Assembly (NCBI GenBank): GCA_050330955.1
Contig: JBHJHJ010000003.1
Location: 2,484 to 66,483 of the forward strand
Reading direction: 5' to 3'
Length of the DNA stretch: 64,000 bases
Source: Elainellaceae cyanobacterium
GTDB lineage: Bacteria; Cyanobacteriota; Cyanobacteriia; CAKZMO01
This document shows, in pieces, positions 46,848-56,776 of this stretch. The notes under the pieces were generated by a model. It was not told the origin of the DNA, searched no databases, and worked only from the letters and a program-made list of their open reading frames with translations. Position 1 is the first letter of the stretch. Every line of letters begins with the position of its first letter. The position numbers and the translations under genes were made by a program.

Positions 46848-48053
46848 ATGGACCTGGCACCAACGCTCAAAAGCGAGAGAGTTCAAACCGCCATACGAGA
46901 AATTGGGATTAATCCCAACTATTGGTATCCCCTGGGCTGGTCGAATCAGCTTAGGCGAAATCAGGCCGTTCAGGTTGTGGTCTGGCAACGCCCGCTGGCG
47001 GTCTACCGGGACGGGGCGGGGGCGCTGCATGCGCTGGACGATCGCTGTCCCCATCGCGGTGTCGAGCTGCATCGCGGCAAAGTCGATGGCGAGCATTTGG
47101 CCTGTGCTTACCACGGGTGGACGTTTGATGGGAACACAGGGGAATGTGTGGACATCCCCTACCTGTCGCCTGAGCAGAAGCGGCCCTGCGTCAGCGTCCG
47201 CAGCTATCCTGTCCAGGAAAAATATGGGCTCATGTGGGTGTTCCCAGGGGACGCCGACTTGGCAGAGACGCGATCGCTGCCTGAGGTGAGTGAGTGTGGT
47301 CAAGACGGATGGTTCATGGTGCCGATTACGGCCCACTTCAAGGCCCACTTCTCGGTGTGCAACGAAAACGCCATGGATGTGTTTCACGGCTTTTTGCACC
47401 AAGATCTGCAGGGTTGGTTTGACCCCGTTCTCCTCGACCTCAAGGCAACAGACAGCGCTGTCAGCGCCAAGTATCGCGTGTCCTACAAAGGCCTACTGGC
47501 GAAATTTCTGGGGCTAGCTGAGCGCGCCGATGAAGTCACCACCTTACCTATTTCCATTAACTATCGCTATCCCCACTATGCCAGCTCCCTCGAAGGCATA
47601 TCTTCGGTCTACTTGATGCGCTTGCCGGTTGGCCCAGCGGAGAGCCGTTCGTTTGCACTATTCTTCTTCAGACTCCGTCTGCCTCAGTGGCTCATCAAGC
47701 TCACTTACCCCATCCTCAGCCGAGTTGTCCGCCGGTTTATGCTGCGGCCCTTTCTAGCCCAGGATGTGGAGATGATGGAGAGCGAACAGCGCCAGTATAT
47801 GCGCTGTCCTGAGCGATATGTGGAGATTAATCCCGCGATAATTGCCCTCCAGCGCGTTATGGTGCGGCAGTATGAGCAGTCTGGCGCCCAGATCGGCGTC
47901 TGGTCCATGGTGAACGAAAGTAGTGGTCCACCCAAAGCGCAGCGTGCTGAGGTATCCTCAATGGCTATATCGCAGACGAGACGCGATGCTCAGACAGAGC
48001 TATCGGCATCCCGCAGCGAAGCGGTGCCAACTTGTGGTTCTATTCCAGAATAG
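46848..48053 (+). CDS. Rieske [2Fe-2S] non-heme iron oxygenase, PAO/Tic55-like
   Basis: Rieske CPHRGVELHRG..17..CAYHGWTF, then a mononuclear Fe region (..NENAMDVFHGFLHQD..), then a C-terminal TM-like tail. Confidence 0.75.
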   Translation: MDLAPTLKSERVQTAIREIGINPNYWYPLGWSNQLRRNQAVQVVVWQRPLAVYRDGAGALHALDDRCPHRGVELHRGKVDGEHLACAYHGWTFDGNTGECVDIPYLSPEQKRPCVSVRSYPVQEKYGLMWVFPGDADLAETRSLPEVSECGQDGWFMVPITAHFKAHFSVCNENAMDVFHGFLHQDLQGWFDPVLLDLKATDSAVSAKYRVSYKGLLAKFLGLAERADEVTTLPISINYRYPHYASSLEGISSVYLMRLPVGPAESRSFALFFFRLRLPQWLIKLTYPILSRVVRRFMLRPFLAQDVEMMESEQRQYMRCPERYVEINPAIIALQRVMVRQYEQSGAQIGVWSMVNESSGPPKAQRAEVSSMAISQTRRDAQTELSASRSEAVPTCGSIPE

Positions 48054-48383
48054 AACTGTCACAGCCGTCTGTGGGGAGTAAATCGATGTCTGGCAAAGTG
48101 AGGGGAGGTTTCGCAATGTAAATCTGCTGGAGTTGCCTGCACCAGTTATAGTCTCCAGCGTATGTACAGGAGTGAATGGGGTCAAATCGCATCATCCTGG
48201 CGGTTGGTCTCTCTAACCTACTAGGTGCTCAAGGGATAAGCATGTCAGGATGAAGAAATGCAACGCCGAAGGTTGACTGGTTCAGATTGCGGTATGGGAA
48301 ACCCATTCAAGGTCGAGACCACGCCTGGGCGACGATTTGCAAACGCTCGCGAGTTAAACAGTTAAGGTGAGGGGAGTTTTACT

Positions 48384-49682
48384 GTGGAAGTTGTTCAAGA
48401 ATACGTTCAGCGTTGGTACGAAAGCGGCCTCGAGCCTGACGAGTACATCTGTCTGGGTCGGCAAGGCAACCTTGTAGATATTGAAGACGCCGCGACAGGT
48501 AAGCGGCATCAGGTGACGACATTTTGTACAAATGACGTTCTGGGGCTGGTTCAAAACGAGTCTGTTCAGGACGCGGCCATCGAGGCTATACGACAGTACG
48601 GCACCTCGAATAGTTCCTGTGCAGTTCTGAGCGGTCGAATCGACCTGCACCGCCAGCTCGAACAGGAGATTTCGGAGTTCAAGCACCTGGGCCATACCCA
48701 GCTATTTCTCAACGCCTGGATGGCGCTACAGGCGCTAATGGACGCCTTCTGTCACTTGGCAATTCCCGTTCCCGGCTTTCAGCATACCCGGGAGACTTTA
48801 ATTCTCAGCGATGTCCTAAATCATGGCTGCATCATCTCTGCTATTACCAACGCCGGAACTCGTTCAGGGAAAATGTTTGGCCACAGCCCCCGGGTGCGGG
48901 TGCGGGCCTACCGCCACTGCAGCAGCGAAGACCTGGCCCGAAAACTAAAGCGCTATGCGCAGCCTGACGATCGCATTATGGTAATCTCTGACGCCGTGTT
49001 CTCCATGGATGGGGACTTGGCGCCGCTGCCCGAGATGATTGAAGTGATGTCAGCCTATCCAGGCAGCGTGCTGGTGATGGATGAGGCCCACGCCAGCGGG
49101 GCAATCGGCGCGACGGGGCGCGGCATCTATGAGTACTACGACATCACGCCCCAACATGCCCTAGACAAGGGAGTGGTTCCGCTAATCATGACCACCTTCT
49201 CTAAGTTCGCCGCCTCTGCAGGCGCCGCCATCAGCTCTCCTGTCCCAGAGCTGAAGCCCCTGCTGCACGTGTCGCCCACCTCCATTGGGACCATCTCGCT
49301 GCCGGCCCCAATTACGGCTGCCGCCCTCGAAAGCATTCGCCAGGTGCGGAAGCGCCCGGAGCTGGTGCGCCGTCTGCAGGAGAACACGGTCTATCTGCGA
49401 TCGCAGCTTGAAGAGCGGGGCTTTGAGTGCATCGGGGAGACCAACGTCATCCCGGTGATTTTGCCCGAAGACGTGGACCCAAAGCTGTTTGCCCGCACCC
49501 TGATGTACGACTACGGCATCTGGGTTTCCCCTATCTGGTTCATTGCCAAACCCCGCCTGCGGATCACGGCTAACGCGCTCCACACCCGCGAAGAGATGAA
49601 CCGACTTGTGGAGGCAATGAGCGCTATTCGGGACGCGATGCACAAGCCCGAGCTGGCCCAGCCCTCACCCTCAGTAGCTTAG
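48384..49682 (+). CDS. PLP-dependent alpha-oxoamine synthase family enzyme (AONS/KBL/SPT-like)
   Basis: GTG start with AAGGTGAGGGGAG SD. SDAVFSMDGD..; DEAHASG; PLP-lysine motif TFSKFAASAG. Confidence 0.7.
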   Translation: MEVVQEYVQRWYESGLEPDEYICLGRQGNLVDIEDAATGKRHQVTTFCTNDVLGLVQNESVQDAAIEAIRQYGTSNSSCAVLSGRIDLHRQLEQEISEFKHLGHTQLFLNAWMALQALMDAFCHLAIPVPGFQHTRETLILSDVLNHGCIISAITNAGTRSGKMFGHSPRVRVRAYRHCSSEDLARKLKRYAQPDDRIMVISDAVFSMDGDLAPLPEMIEVMSAYPGSVLVMDEAHASGAIGATGRGIYEYYDITPQHALDKGVVPLIMTTFSKFAASAGAAISSPVPELKPLLHVSPTSIGTISLPAPITAAALESIRQVRKRPELVRRLQENTVYLRSQLEERGFECIGETNVIPVILPEDVDPKLFARTLMYDYGIWVSPIWFIAKPRLRITANALHTREEMNRLVEAMSAIRDAMHKPELAQPSPSVA

Positions 49683-49736
49683 GGTTGTGGCAGTGTAAGT
49701 TGGCATGGCGGAGCCTTAGCCTTGCCTAAGGTCTCG

Positions 49737-50510
49737 TCATGCCAAGGCGGATGAGCCAAAGTCTGGGGGGATATCTTGAAGTCGTCCTGGCCCAACTGCC
49801 TTTAGAGCTTCCGACAGCTGCAAGCTGCCGCTATAGAGCGCCCGGCCTACGACTGCGCCGCTGACGCCCACGGGCTCAAGGGCCAGCAGGCTAAGCAGAT
49901 CTGAAACGGTGCTGATTCCGCCCGACGCAATCACGGGTACCGAAACGGCCTCAGCTAAAGCCCTGAGGGCTGGCTTGTTTGGGCCTGTGAGGGTGCCGTC
50001 TCGGTAGATGTCGGTGTAAATCAAGGCGGCAACGCCGCAGTTCGCCATCCGCTGCGCCAGCTCGATGGCGTCGACGCTAGAGGTTTCAACCCAGCCTCGC
50101 GTTGCCACCTTGCCCTCGCGGGCGTCAATGCCGACCACAATCTGCCCCGGAAACCTTTGGCACAGCGCCTCAACCAGACCTGGATCTTCTACTGCGGCGG
50201 TGCCCAAGATCACTTGCGCGACGCCGCGGGACAGGAGGTCTTCGGCTGTTCCTTGGGAGCGGATGCCTCCCCCGACTTGAACCGGTACGGGAGCTGACTG
50301 GGCGATCGCCTCAATCAGGCCGTAGTTGGTGGGCTGCCCTGTTTTAGCCCCGTCTAAATCCACTAAGTGAAGCCGATTGGCCCCCTGATGGATCCACTGC
50401 TGGGCAACGGCCAGCGGATCTTCGCTGAAGACTTCTGATTTTTGATAGTCCCCTTGGTAGAGGCGCACGCAGCGCCCCCCGAGCAAATCGATAGCAGGAA
50501 TGACGTCCAT
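49737..50510 (-). CDS. hisA: ProFAR isomerase (1-(5-phosphoribosyl)-5-[(5-phosphoribosylamino)methylideneamino]imidazole-4-carboxamide isomerase)
   Basis: [22 protein letters not shown]..; LHLVDLDGA; VQVGGGIRS; VILGTAAV. Confidence 0.9.
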   Translation of the reverse strand: MDVIPAIDLLGGRCVRLYQGDYQKSEVFSEDPLAVAQQWIHQGANRLHLVDLDGAKTGQPTNYGLIEAIAQSAPVPVQVGGGIRSQGTAEDLLSRGVAQVILGTAAVEDPGLVEALCQRFPGQIVVGIDAREGKVATRGWVETSSVDAIELAQRMANCGVAALIYTDIYRDGTLTGPNKPALRALAEAVSVPVIASGGISTVSDLLSLLALEPVGVSGAVVGRALYSGSLQLSEALKAVGPGRLQDIPPDFGSSALA

Positions 50511-50717
50511 AACAGGCTCACGTAGGTCAGGTGTTGAAGCGTGCCGCACGCCACAAGATTAAAGAATATCGTATTGAAAATATCGTAGCGGCTGACGCGG
50601 TTAGGCCCAGCGGAGGTGCGATCGCCCCCGCTCTAGCGCTAAGATCATCTTAGAGTCAAGCATCCGCTTAGACTTTGTCTTAAGTCAACCCTTACAGCGA
50701 TCGCTCGGATAAACCCA

Positions 50718-50930
50718 GTGTCAGCTATTCCTAACCAGCGACTACAGCGCTTACACCAGTGCGGCTATGCTTTTATCGGCGCTGGTACATTCATGCTGCT
50801 CTCCTGGGTCAATCCGCTGGGCGGCTCCCTTGATGGACTCCAAGGTGGCGCAGTCTTCCTGGCGCTCGTGGTCGGGTTAGGAGCCTATCGCCGGCTGAAG
50901 CAGGGCTCAAAGACGTCTGGATCCAAGTAA
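50718..50930 (+). CDS. Small hypothetical membrane protein (70 aa)
   Basis: Two hydrophobic segments. Low confidence. Confidence 0.25.
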   Translation: MSAIPNQRLQRLHQCGYAFIGAGTFMLLSWVNPLGGSLDGLQGGAVFLALVVGLGAYRRLKQGSKTSGSK

Positions 50931-51002
50931 GCCATAATGCAGCGCTCCACACTGCAGGGCTTGCTTCACTGACCTTAGCAGGGCTCCCTTACGCCGTATC
51001 TA

Positions 51003-53438
51003 ATGCAAACAACCCCCCCTTCAGATTCTATTCAACCTGCTGACATGCCACCCGCTGGATTATCTAAAGCTGGCGGCGATGTCCCCAAGACCCTAACCCT
51101 CAGCGTCAGCGGCATGAAGTGTGCCGGCTGCGTCCAGGTGGTTGAGCGCCGTCTAACCCAGCACGCCGGGATCAGCGCGGCGACGGTCAATCTTGTGACC
51201 GGGAAGGCCTGGGTGGAGCATGACGCTGAACTAGACAAAAGTGCCCTAGTTCAACAGCTGGCTGAGCAGCTCTCCGAGAGTGGGTTTCCGGCGCAGCCGG
51301 TACTGCCGGGGGAGTCAGCCGCACAGGCGGAGGATCACGCCGAAAAGCAGGCTCAGCTCAAGCGGCTGGCGATCGCCGCGCTGCTGCTCATTTTGTCGCT
51401 GGTGGGGCACGCCGGAGAGCTAGGCTGGTTTCGGCTGCCGGTTTTGAGCAATATCTGGTTTCACTTTGGTCTGGCCACGGTGGCACTCATCGGTCCGGGG
51501 CGCGAAATTCTAGTGGATGGGTGGCAGGGGTTTCGGCGACTGCTGCCCAACATGAACTCTCTGGTGGGGTTAGGCATGGTGACGGCCTACGGCGCAAGCG
51601 TCGTGGCGCTGCTGTATCCTCCCTTGGGCTGGGAGTGCTTCTTTGATGAGCCCGTGATGCTGGTGGGGTTCATTCTCCTGGGCCGGACGTTAGAGCATCG
51701 TGCCAGAGCCCGGGCGGCGGCGTCCTTTAAGGCGCTGCTGGCGCTGCAGCCCACGCAGGCACGACGGCTTCTTGCCAGCAAGGCGACGATCGCATCTGGG
51801 TCGGGGCGGTTCGATGTCTCTCAAAGCCAGATGATCCCCGCCGAGGCCCTCCAGGTAGGGCAGGTACTTGCGGTCTTGCCCGGAGAGAAAATTCCGGCAG
51901 ACGGCGTGATTCTCCAGGGCAAAACCACCGTCGATGAGTCGATGCTAACGGGGGAGTCCCTGCCGGTAACTAGAGGCGTCGGAGATAGCCTCAGCGCGGG
52001 CAGCGTCAACCAGACGGGGGCGATCGCTCTGGAGGTGACCCGCGCCGGTGATAGCACCACGCTGGCTCAAATTATTCAGCTGGTGGAAACGGCCCAGACC
52101 CGCAAAGCGCCGATTCAGCGGGTGGCAGACACCGTCGCGGGCTACTTCACCTATGCCGTATTAGCGGTGGCGGGATTAACCTTTTTGTTTTGGTACAGCG
52201 TCGGCACCGACCTCTTTCCTGAGGTGCTGCAGGCCGGTGCAGCCCACCTGCACCACGCCGCCCACCCCACCCATGGGGCCACCGCCTCTCCCCTAATCGT
52301 CAGCATCAAGCTAGCGATCGCGGTGCTAGTGGTGGCCTGCCCCTGTGCCCTTGGGTTGGCGACGCCCACCGCTATTTTAGTGGGGTCCAGCATCGGTGCC
52401 GAACGAGGCGTCTTGATTCGCGGTGGGGATGTGTTAGAAACGGTGCATCACCTAGACACCGTGGTGTTCGACAAAACGGGCACCCTAACTCAGGGGCAGC
52501 CGGCGCTCACTCGCTGCCTTGTGCTGCAAGATGTGGCGGCGAACCAGCCCCTAACCCAGGACAGGGCGCTACAGCTGGCCGCCGCTGCTGAACAGGGCAC
52601 GAACCACCCCATCGCGATGGCGATTCAAGCTGCTGCCGCTCAGCAAGGCCTGCCCTCACTGGAGGCGCAGGATTTTCAGACTTCTCCCGGTGGCGGTATA
52701 TCTGCTGTGGTCCAGGGCGCTCAAATCCACTTTGGATCTCCCGCGTGGCTGCGGGAGCTGGGCCTGAGAAGCGTCGATGGGCTGACGCACTGGGCCACCG
52801 CCAACGAAACCGTTGTGGTTCTGGCCGTTAACCATGAGGCGGTGGCCGCTTTTGCCCTGCAAGATCAAATCAGACCAGGCGCAGCCCAAACCCTACAGCG
52901 CCTACAGCAGATGGGTCTGCAGGTGTTGATGCTCACGGGCGATCGCCTAGAAACCGCACGGTCGGTTGCCGCTGACCTAGGACTCACTGAGGCACAGGTT
53001 TATGCCCAGGTGAAGCCCGAGCAGAAAGCGACCACCATTGCCCAATTCCAGGCTCAAGGGAAAGCGGTTGCTATGGTGGGCGATGGCATCAATGACGCTC
53101 CTGCACTAGCTCAGGCTGACGTCGGCATCTCCCTCAGCAGAGCCACCGATATTGCCGTTGAGACCGCTGACATTATCCTAACCACTAACCACCTGGTGGA
53201 CGTGGTTGAGTCTATCCACTTGAGTCAGCGCGTGTTTAACAAAATTCGACAGAATTTATTTTGGGCATTTGCCTACAACACCCTAGGGATTCCGGCGGCT
53301 GCAGGTCTTCTCTTTCCCCTATCGGGAGTATTGCTGACACCAGCAACGGCGGGGGCGCTGATGGCGCTGAGTTCGGTCAGCGTTGTGGGCAACTCACTTC
53401 TGCTGACCCGCCACGGGCCCTCTGAGGGCGATCGCTAA
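51003..53438 (+). CDS. Cu(I)-translocating P1B-type ATPase (CtaA/PacS/CopA-like)
   Basis: HMA domain LTLSVSGMKCAGCVQVVERRL; TM CPC motif VACPCALGLATP; DKTGTLT; GDGINDAP. Confidence 0.9.
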   Translation: MQTTPPSDSIQPADMPPAGLSKAGGDVPKTLTLSVSGMKCAGCVQVVERRLTQHAGISAATVNLVTGKAWVEHDAELDKSALVQQLAEQLSESGFPAQPVLPGESAAQAEDHAEKQAQLKRLAIAALLLILSLVGHAGELGWFRLPVLSNIWFHFGLATVALIGPGREILVDGWQGFRRLLPNMNSLVGLGMVTAYGASVVALLYPPLGWECFFDEPVMLVGFILLGRTLEHRARARAAASFKALLALQPTQARRLLASKATIASGSGRFDVSQSQMIPAEALQVGQVLAVLPGEKIPADGVILQGKTTVDESMLTGESLPVTRGVGDSLSAGSVNQTGAIALEVTRAGDSTTLAQIIQLVETAQTRKAPIQRVADTVAGYFTYAVLAVAGLTFLFWYSVGTDLFPEVLQAGAAHLHHAAHPTHGATASPLIVSIKLAIAVLVVACPCALGLATPTAILVGSSIGAERGVLIRGGDVLETVHHLDTVVFDKTGTLTQGQPALTRCLVLQDVAANQPLTQDRALQLAAAAEQGTNHPIAMAIQAAAAQQGLPSLEAQDFQTSPGGGISAVVQGAQIHFGSPAWLRELGLRSVDGLTHWATANETVVVLAVNHEAVAAFALQDQIRPGAAQTLQRLQQMGLQVLMLTGDRLETARSVAADLGLTEAQVYAQVKPEQKATTIAQFQAQGKAVAMVGDGINDAPALAQADVGISLSRATDIAVETADIILTTNHLVDVVESIHLSQRVFNKIRQNLFWAFAYNTLGIPAAAGLLFPLSGVLLTPATAGALMALSSVSVVGNSLLLTRHGPSEGDR

Positions 53439-53735
53439 CCGTCAGACTGGAAAGTTTATAGAATTGAGTTACTCTAGACTAGAGCAGCGGCCTTTGGTGG
53501 GTCGCCGCCTTATATCAGCTCTTTGTGCGCGTCAGTTTTTCGTAAGTGTTGGGTGTAGCGAGATTCTGAAAGATGTCGCAAAGGCTCTCATCGATGAGGG
53601 CATTTGTGCGCTCCGTCATCTGTGTAACGCAGTGCTTTAGGCCAAAAATGCCCTAGGGAATAGAGCCGACGTGATACATCTTAAAGCGCCACTTCTACAT
53701 GTGTTAATACGATAAATCGGTACTCTAAACTAGCA

Positions 53736-54191
53736 ATGCCCTCGGAAGCGCATCAAAATCATCTCTTAATTATCGAAGATAACAAAGGCCGCCGGGAGTT
53801 TATCCTCGACAGCCCTGTCTACTCGATTGGCCGAGACCCCAAGTGCGATATTCGCCTGGTTTCTCAGTTCGTTTCACGCCGTCATGCGACGCTTGTGCAG
53901 TTGCCCAACGAAGATGGCGGCCATTACTATCGCATTGTTGACGGTAACCTCAAGGGCAAGACAAGCGCCAATGGGTTGCTGATTAACGGACGCAAACTCC
54001 AAGCGCACGATTTAGAAGACAATGACAATATCGTCTTCGGCCCCCAAGTCTATGCCACCTACTACATGCTCAAGCGGGACGCCGTTGTTACCATCCCGCC
54101 TGTGGATAATGAATTCGATGATGTGACGCTGATCAGTCCAAACATGGTCGGTGATCCCGAAGACGATCAGGAAGACTCTGAGGATGAATAG
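53736..54191 (+). CDS. FHA domain-containing protein
   Basis: YSIGRDPKCDIRL..FVSRRHATL..NGLLINGRKL..NDNIVFG, followed by an acidic tail. Confidence 0.7.
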   Translation: MPSEAHQNHLLIIEDNKGRREFILDSPVYSIGRDPKCDIRLVSQFVSRRHATLVQLPNEDGGHYYRIVDGNLKGKTSANGLLINGRKLQAHDLEDNDNIVFGPQVYATYYMLKRDAVVTIPPVDNEFDDVTLISPNMVGDPEDDQEDSEDE

Positions 54192-54196
54192 CGCAA

Positions 54197-54556
54197 TCAC
54201 GCCATTTCATCGACGAGCTCTAGGTACTGATTTTCGGCGATCGCCTGATTAACCAAGTTAAATTTTCGGCGACAGTGGTTGTCCATGTGCAGCGGCAGTT
54301 CCTCATTTTTGATCACAAAACTCATTTCGAGGTTGCGCTCTACTTCAGTCTCTACCCGGTGCGGGTAATTGCCGATGACCACCTCAACCGTAACCAGCTT
54401 AGCGAAGTTGACGCCCCCAGGAGCCTCCTTCGCGACAAGGTAATCACCTTTCTCGTAGATAACATTAAAGTTGCAGGCCTGAAGGACATCTGTGAGCAGT
54501 CGTCGAAGATTGTTGAGCGATGTCATTGACCTACATGCACTGACGTAACGAGCCAT
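54197..54556 (-). CDS. Hypothetical protein, convergent with the FHA gene
   Basis: ORF 54197-54577. ATG candidates at 54556 or 54526; the track start is a TTG. No motifs recognised. Confidence 0.4.
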   Translation of the reverse strand: MARYVSACRSMTSLNNLRRLLTDVLQACNFNVIYEKGDYLVAKEAPGGVNFAKLVTVEVVIGNYPHRVETEVERNLEMSFVIKNEELPLHMDNHCRRKFNLVNQAIAENQYLELVDEMA

Positions 54557-55030
54557 GGTTGAAAATAGCAGAGTCAAGGTCTAAGTTAAACAGTTGTTAG
54601 TCAAACGTGTATAGCCAGATGCACATCGAAAGCTGTCCTCAAGCTGCCCCTTGATGGATGATAGAGCACCCTTGAAGGCGGTCCTCCCTTAAAGGCTAGA
54701 TCAAGAACTCCTCGTGGGTGAGGGGGGTAGCGGCTTAGAATATAATTGGTATGTTCGTACGCGTGACGTTTCGCTTGATTGGTAAACGAATACAGCGCTA
54801 TGAATCGGTGTTGCATCTAAGCGATCGAGGTCGAAACCCAAGCTTAAGGTAGGCTCTAACCCATACGTCTTGCCACAAGGCTAGTATATGCAGCTAGATT
54901 TTTCAAGTTGTTTAGCCGCGTCTTTGCCACAGGCTTAGGTGCGGACCAATCTCCTGTAGAGGATAAAACAGCAGCATGTTGAGAAGTGACGAGGTTTAAA
55001 CTGTGAATCTGTAGTTGAGAGCAAGCGAGT

Positions 55031-55732
55031 ATGCAGGGCAAGCTGATTGTATTCGAGGGGATAGAAGGGTGTGGAAAGACGACACAGCTTCAGCGCTTAC
55101 AGCAGTGGCTAACGCAGCTCATCCCAGAGTGCCGTGTTGTCATGACCCGCGAGCCCGGTGGAACTGCGCTGGGGCAATCCCTGCGCCATATCCTACTAGC
55201 GCCTGCTGGAAAAACCTCTCAAGCGCTTGACATCCATCCGTCTACGGAGCTGTTGCTGTACGCTGCCGACCGGGCCCAACATGTTGCAACCCAGCTCATC
55301 CCAGAGCTAAAGTCGGGCTCGATTGTGCTTTGCGATCGCTTCACCGATTCCACAGTGGCCTACCAAGGATTTGGGCGAGGCTTGGATCGATCCACTATCG
55401 ATAACCTGAATCAAATTGCCACAGGAGGGCTGCAGAGCGATCTGACGCTGTGGCTTGATTTGGCAGTCGAGCAAGGGCTGGCGCGGGCTAAAGGACGCGG
55501 CCAAGCTGACCGCATGGAGCGGAGCAGCGCCGTCTTTCATCAGCGCGTGCGCGAAGGCTTTGTGGCGCTAGCGGCTGAATACCCCGATCGTATTGTTCGC
55601 ATTGATGCCAGCAGCAGCGTAGACCAAGTGGCCTGCGCTATTCAAGCGGCCTTAAAGCCGTATATAGATCGGTGGCAGCTCAGCGCTCCAGCCCGTCGCC
55701 AATCCTACCGGCTCGAATCTAAGTCAACGTAA
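55031..55732 (+). CDS. tmk: Thymidylate kinase
   Basis: MQGKLIVFEGIEGCGKTTQ P-loop; DRF; LID region. Confidence 0.9.
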   Translation: MQGKLIVFEGIEGCGKTTQLQRLQQWLTQLIPECRVVMTREPGGTALGQSLRHILLAPAGKTSQALDIHPSTELLLYAADRAQHVATQLIPELKSGSIVLCDRFTDSTVAYQGFGRGLDRSTIDNLNQIATGGLQSDLTLWLDLAVEQGLARAKGRGQADRMERSSAVFHQRVREGFVALAAEYPDRIVRIDASSSVDQVACAIQAALKPYIDRWQLSAPARRQSYRLESKST

Positions 55733-55743
55733 CCTGAGTCAAA

Positions 55744-56751
55744 ATGGATCTTTTCTCCACCCTCGTCGGACAGCCTCAGGCAACGGCCTTGCTTACTCAA
55801 GTCCTCTCCCGTGAGCGCATTGCGCCGGCCTATCTATTTGTGGGACCAGCCGGGATCGGGAAGCGGCTCGCAGCACGCCAGTTCGCTGCCGCGCTGCTGG
55901 CGCCTAAGCGGGGCTCATCTGCCTTAGAGGCGACCAAACCAGACGCAGCAAACCCAGAAGGCGACGCAGAAACAGCCGAGCTAAAGTTCTATCCCGACCT
56001 CCTCTGCGTCGAGCCCACCTATTTGCATAAAGGACAGCGGCTGACCGCTGCTGAAGCAGAATTGGCTGGCTTAAAGCGGCGATCGCCCCCGCTAATTCGC
56101 CTAGAGCAAGTGCGGGAAATCACCCGATTTTTGAGCCGTCCCCCGCTGCAAGCCCCCCGGTCGGTGGTGGTGCTCGACGGCGCGGAGGCCATGGCCGAAG
56201 CTGCTGCCAATGCCTTGCTTAAAACCTTAGAAGAGCCTGGGAACGCAACGCTGCTGCTGATCTCCCACAACCGGGATTTACTGCTGCCGACCTTGATCTC
56301 TCGCTGCCAGAGTATTCCATTTCAGCGGCTTAGTTATGAGGCAATGACAACCGTGCTGGCGCAGCTTGGGGAAGACGCGCTGCTGCAGCGTCCCGATTTA
56401 TTAGCCTTGGCCCAGGGCAGCCCAGGACAGGCGATCGCCGCGCTGCAGCAGTGGAATAATTTGCCGGAAGAGCTGAGATTGGCCTTGGCCCATTTACCCA
56501 CAGATTTGCGGCAGGCGTTGACCCTGGCGCGTCGCGTTACCACGGTGCTCGACGTTGAGGCCCAGCTCTGGGTAATAGACTACCTCCAGCATCAGGACTA
56601 TTCGGCTCACCCCGCTTCGGGTGAAGGTTGGGCTACGGCTCAGCGTCGCCTGAAGATTCTAGAGCAGGCTCGTCAGCAGCTTCAGCGCTATGTGCAGCCG
56701 AGGCTCGTGTGGGAAGTTGCGTTTATGTCCCTCGCAGAGGCCCTGCCGTAG
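55744..56751 (+). CDS. holB: DNA polymerase III delta-prime subunit
   Basis: GQPQA..L......R.APAYLFVGPAGIGK; conserved tmk-holB adjacency. Confidence 0.85.
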   Translation: MDLFSTLVGQPQATALLTQVLSRERIAPAYLFVGPAGIGKRLAARQFAAALLAPKRGSSALEATKPDAANPEGDAETAELKFYPDLLCVEPTYLHKGQRLTAAEAELAGLKRRSPPLIRLEQVREITRFLSRPPLQAPRSVVVLDGAEAMAEAAANALLKTLEEPGNATLLLISHNRDLLLPTLISRCQSIPFQRLSYEAMTTVLAQLGEDALLQRPDLLALAQGSPGQAIAALQQWNNLPEELRLALAHLPTDLRQALTLARRVTTVLDVEAQLWVIDYLQHQDYSAHPASGEGWATAQRRLKILEQARQQLQRYVQPRLVWEVAFMSLAEALP

Positions 56752-56776
56752 GTTAGATTTTGCTAAAAGCGATACG

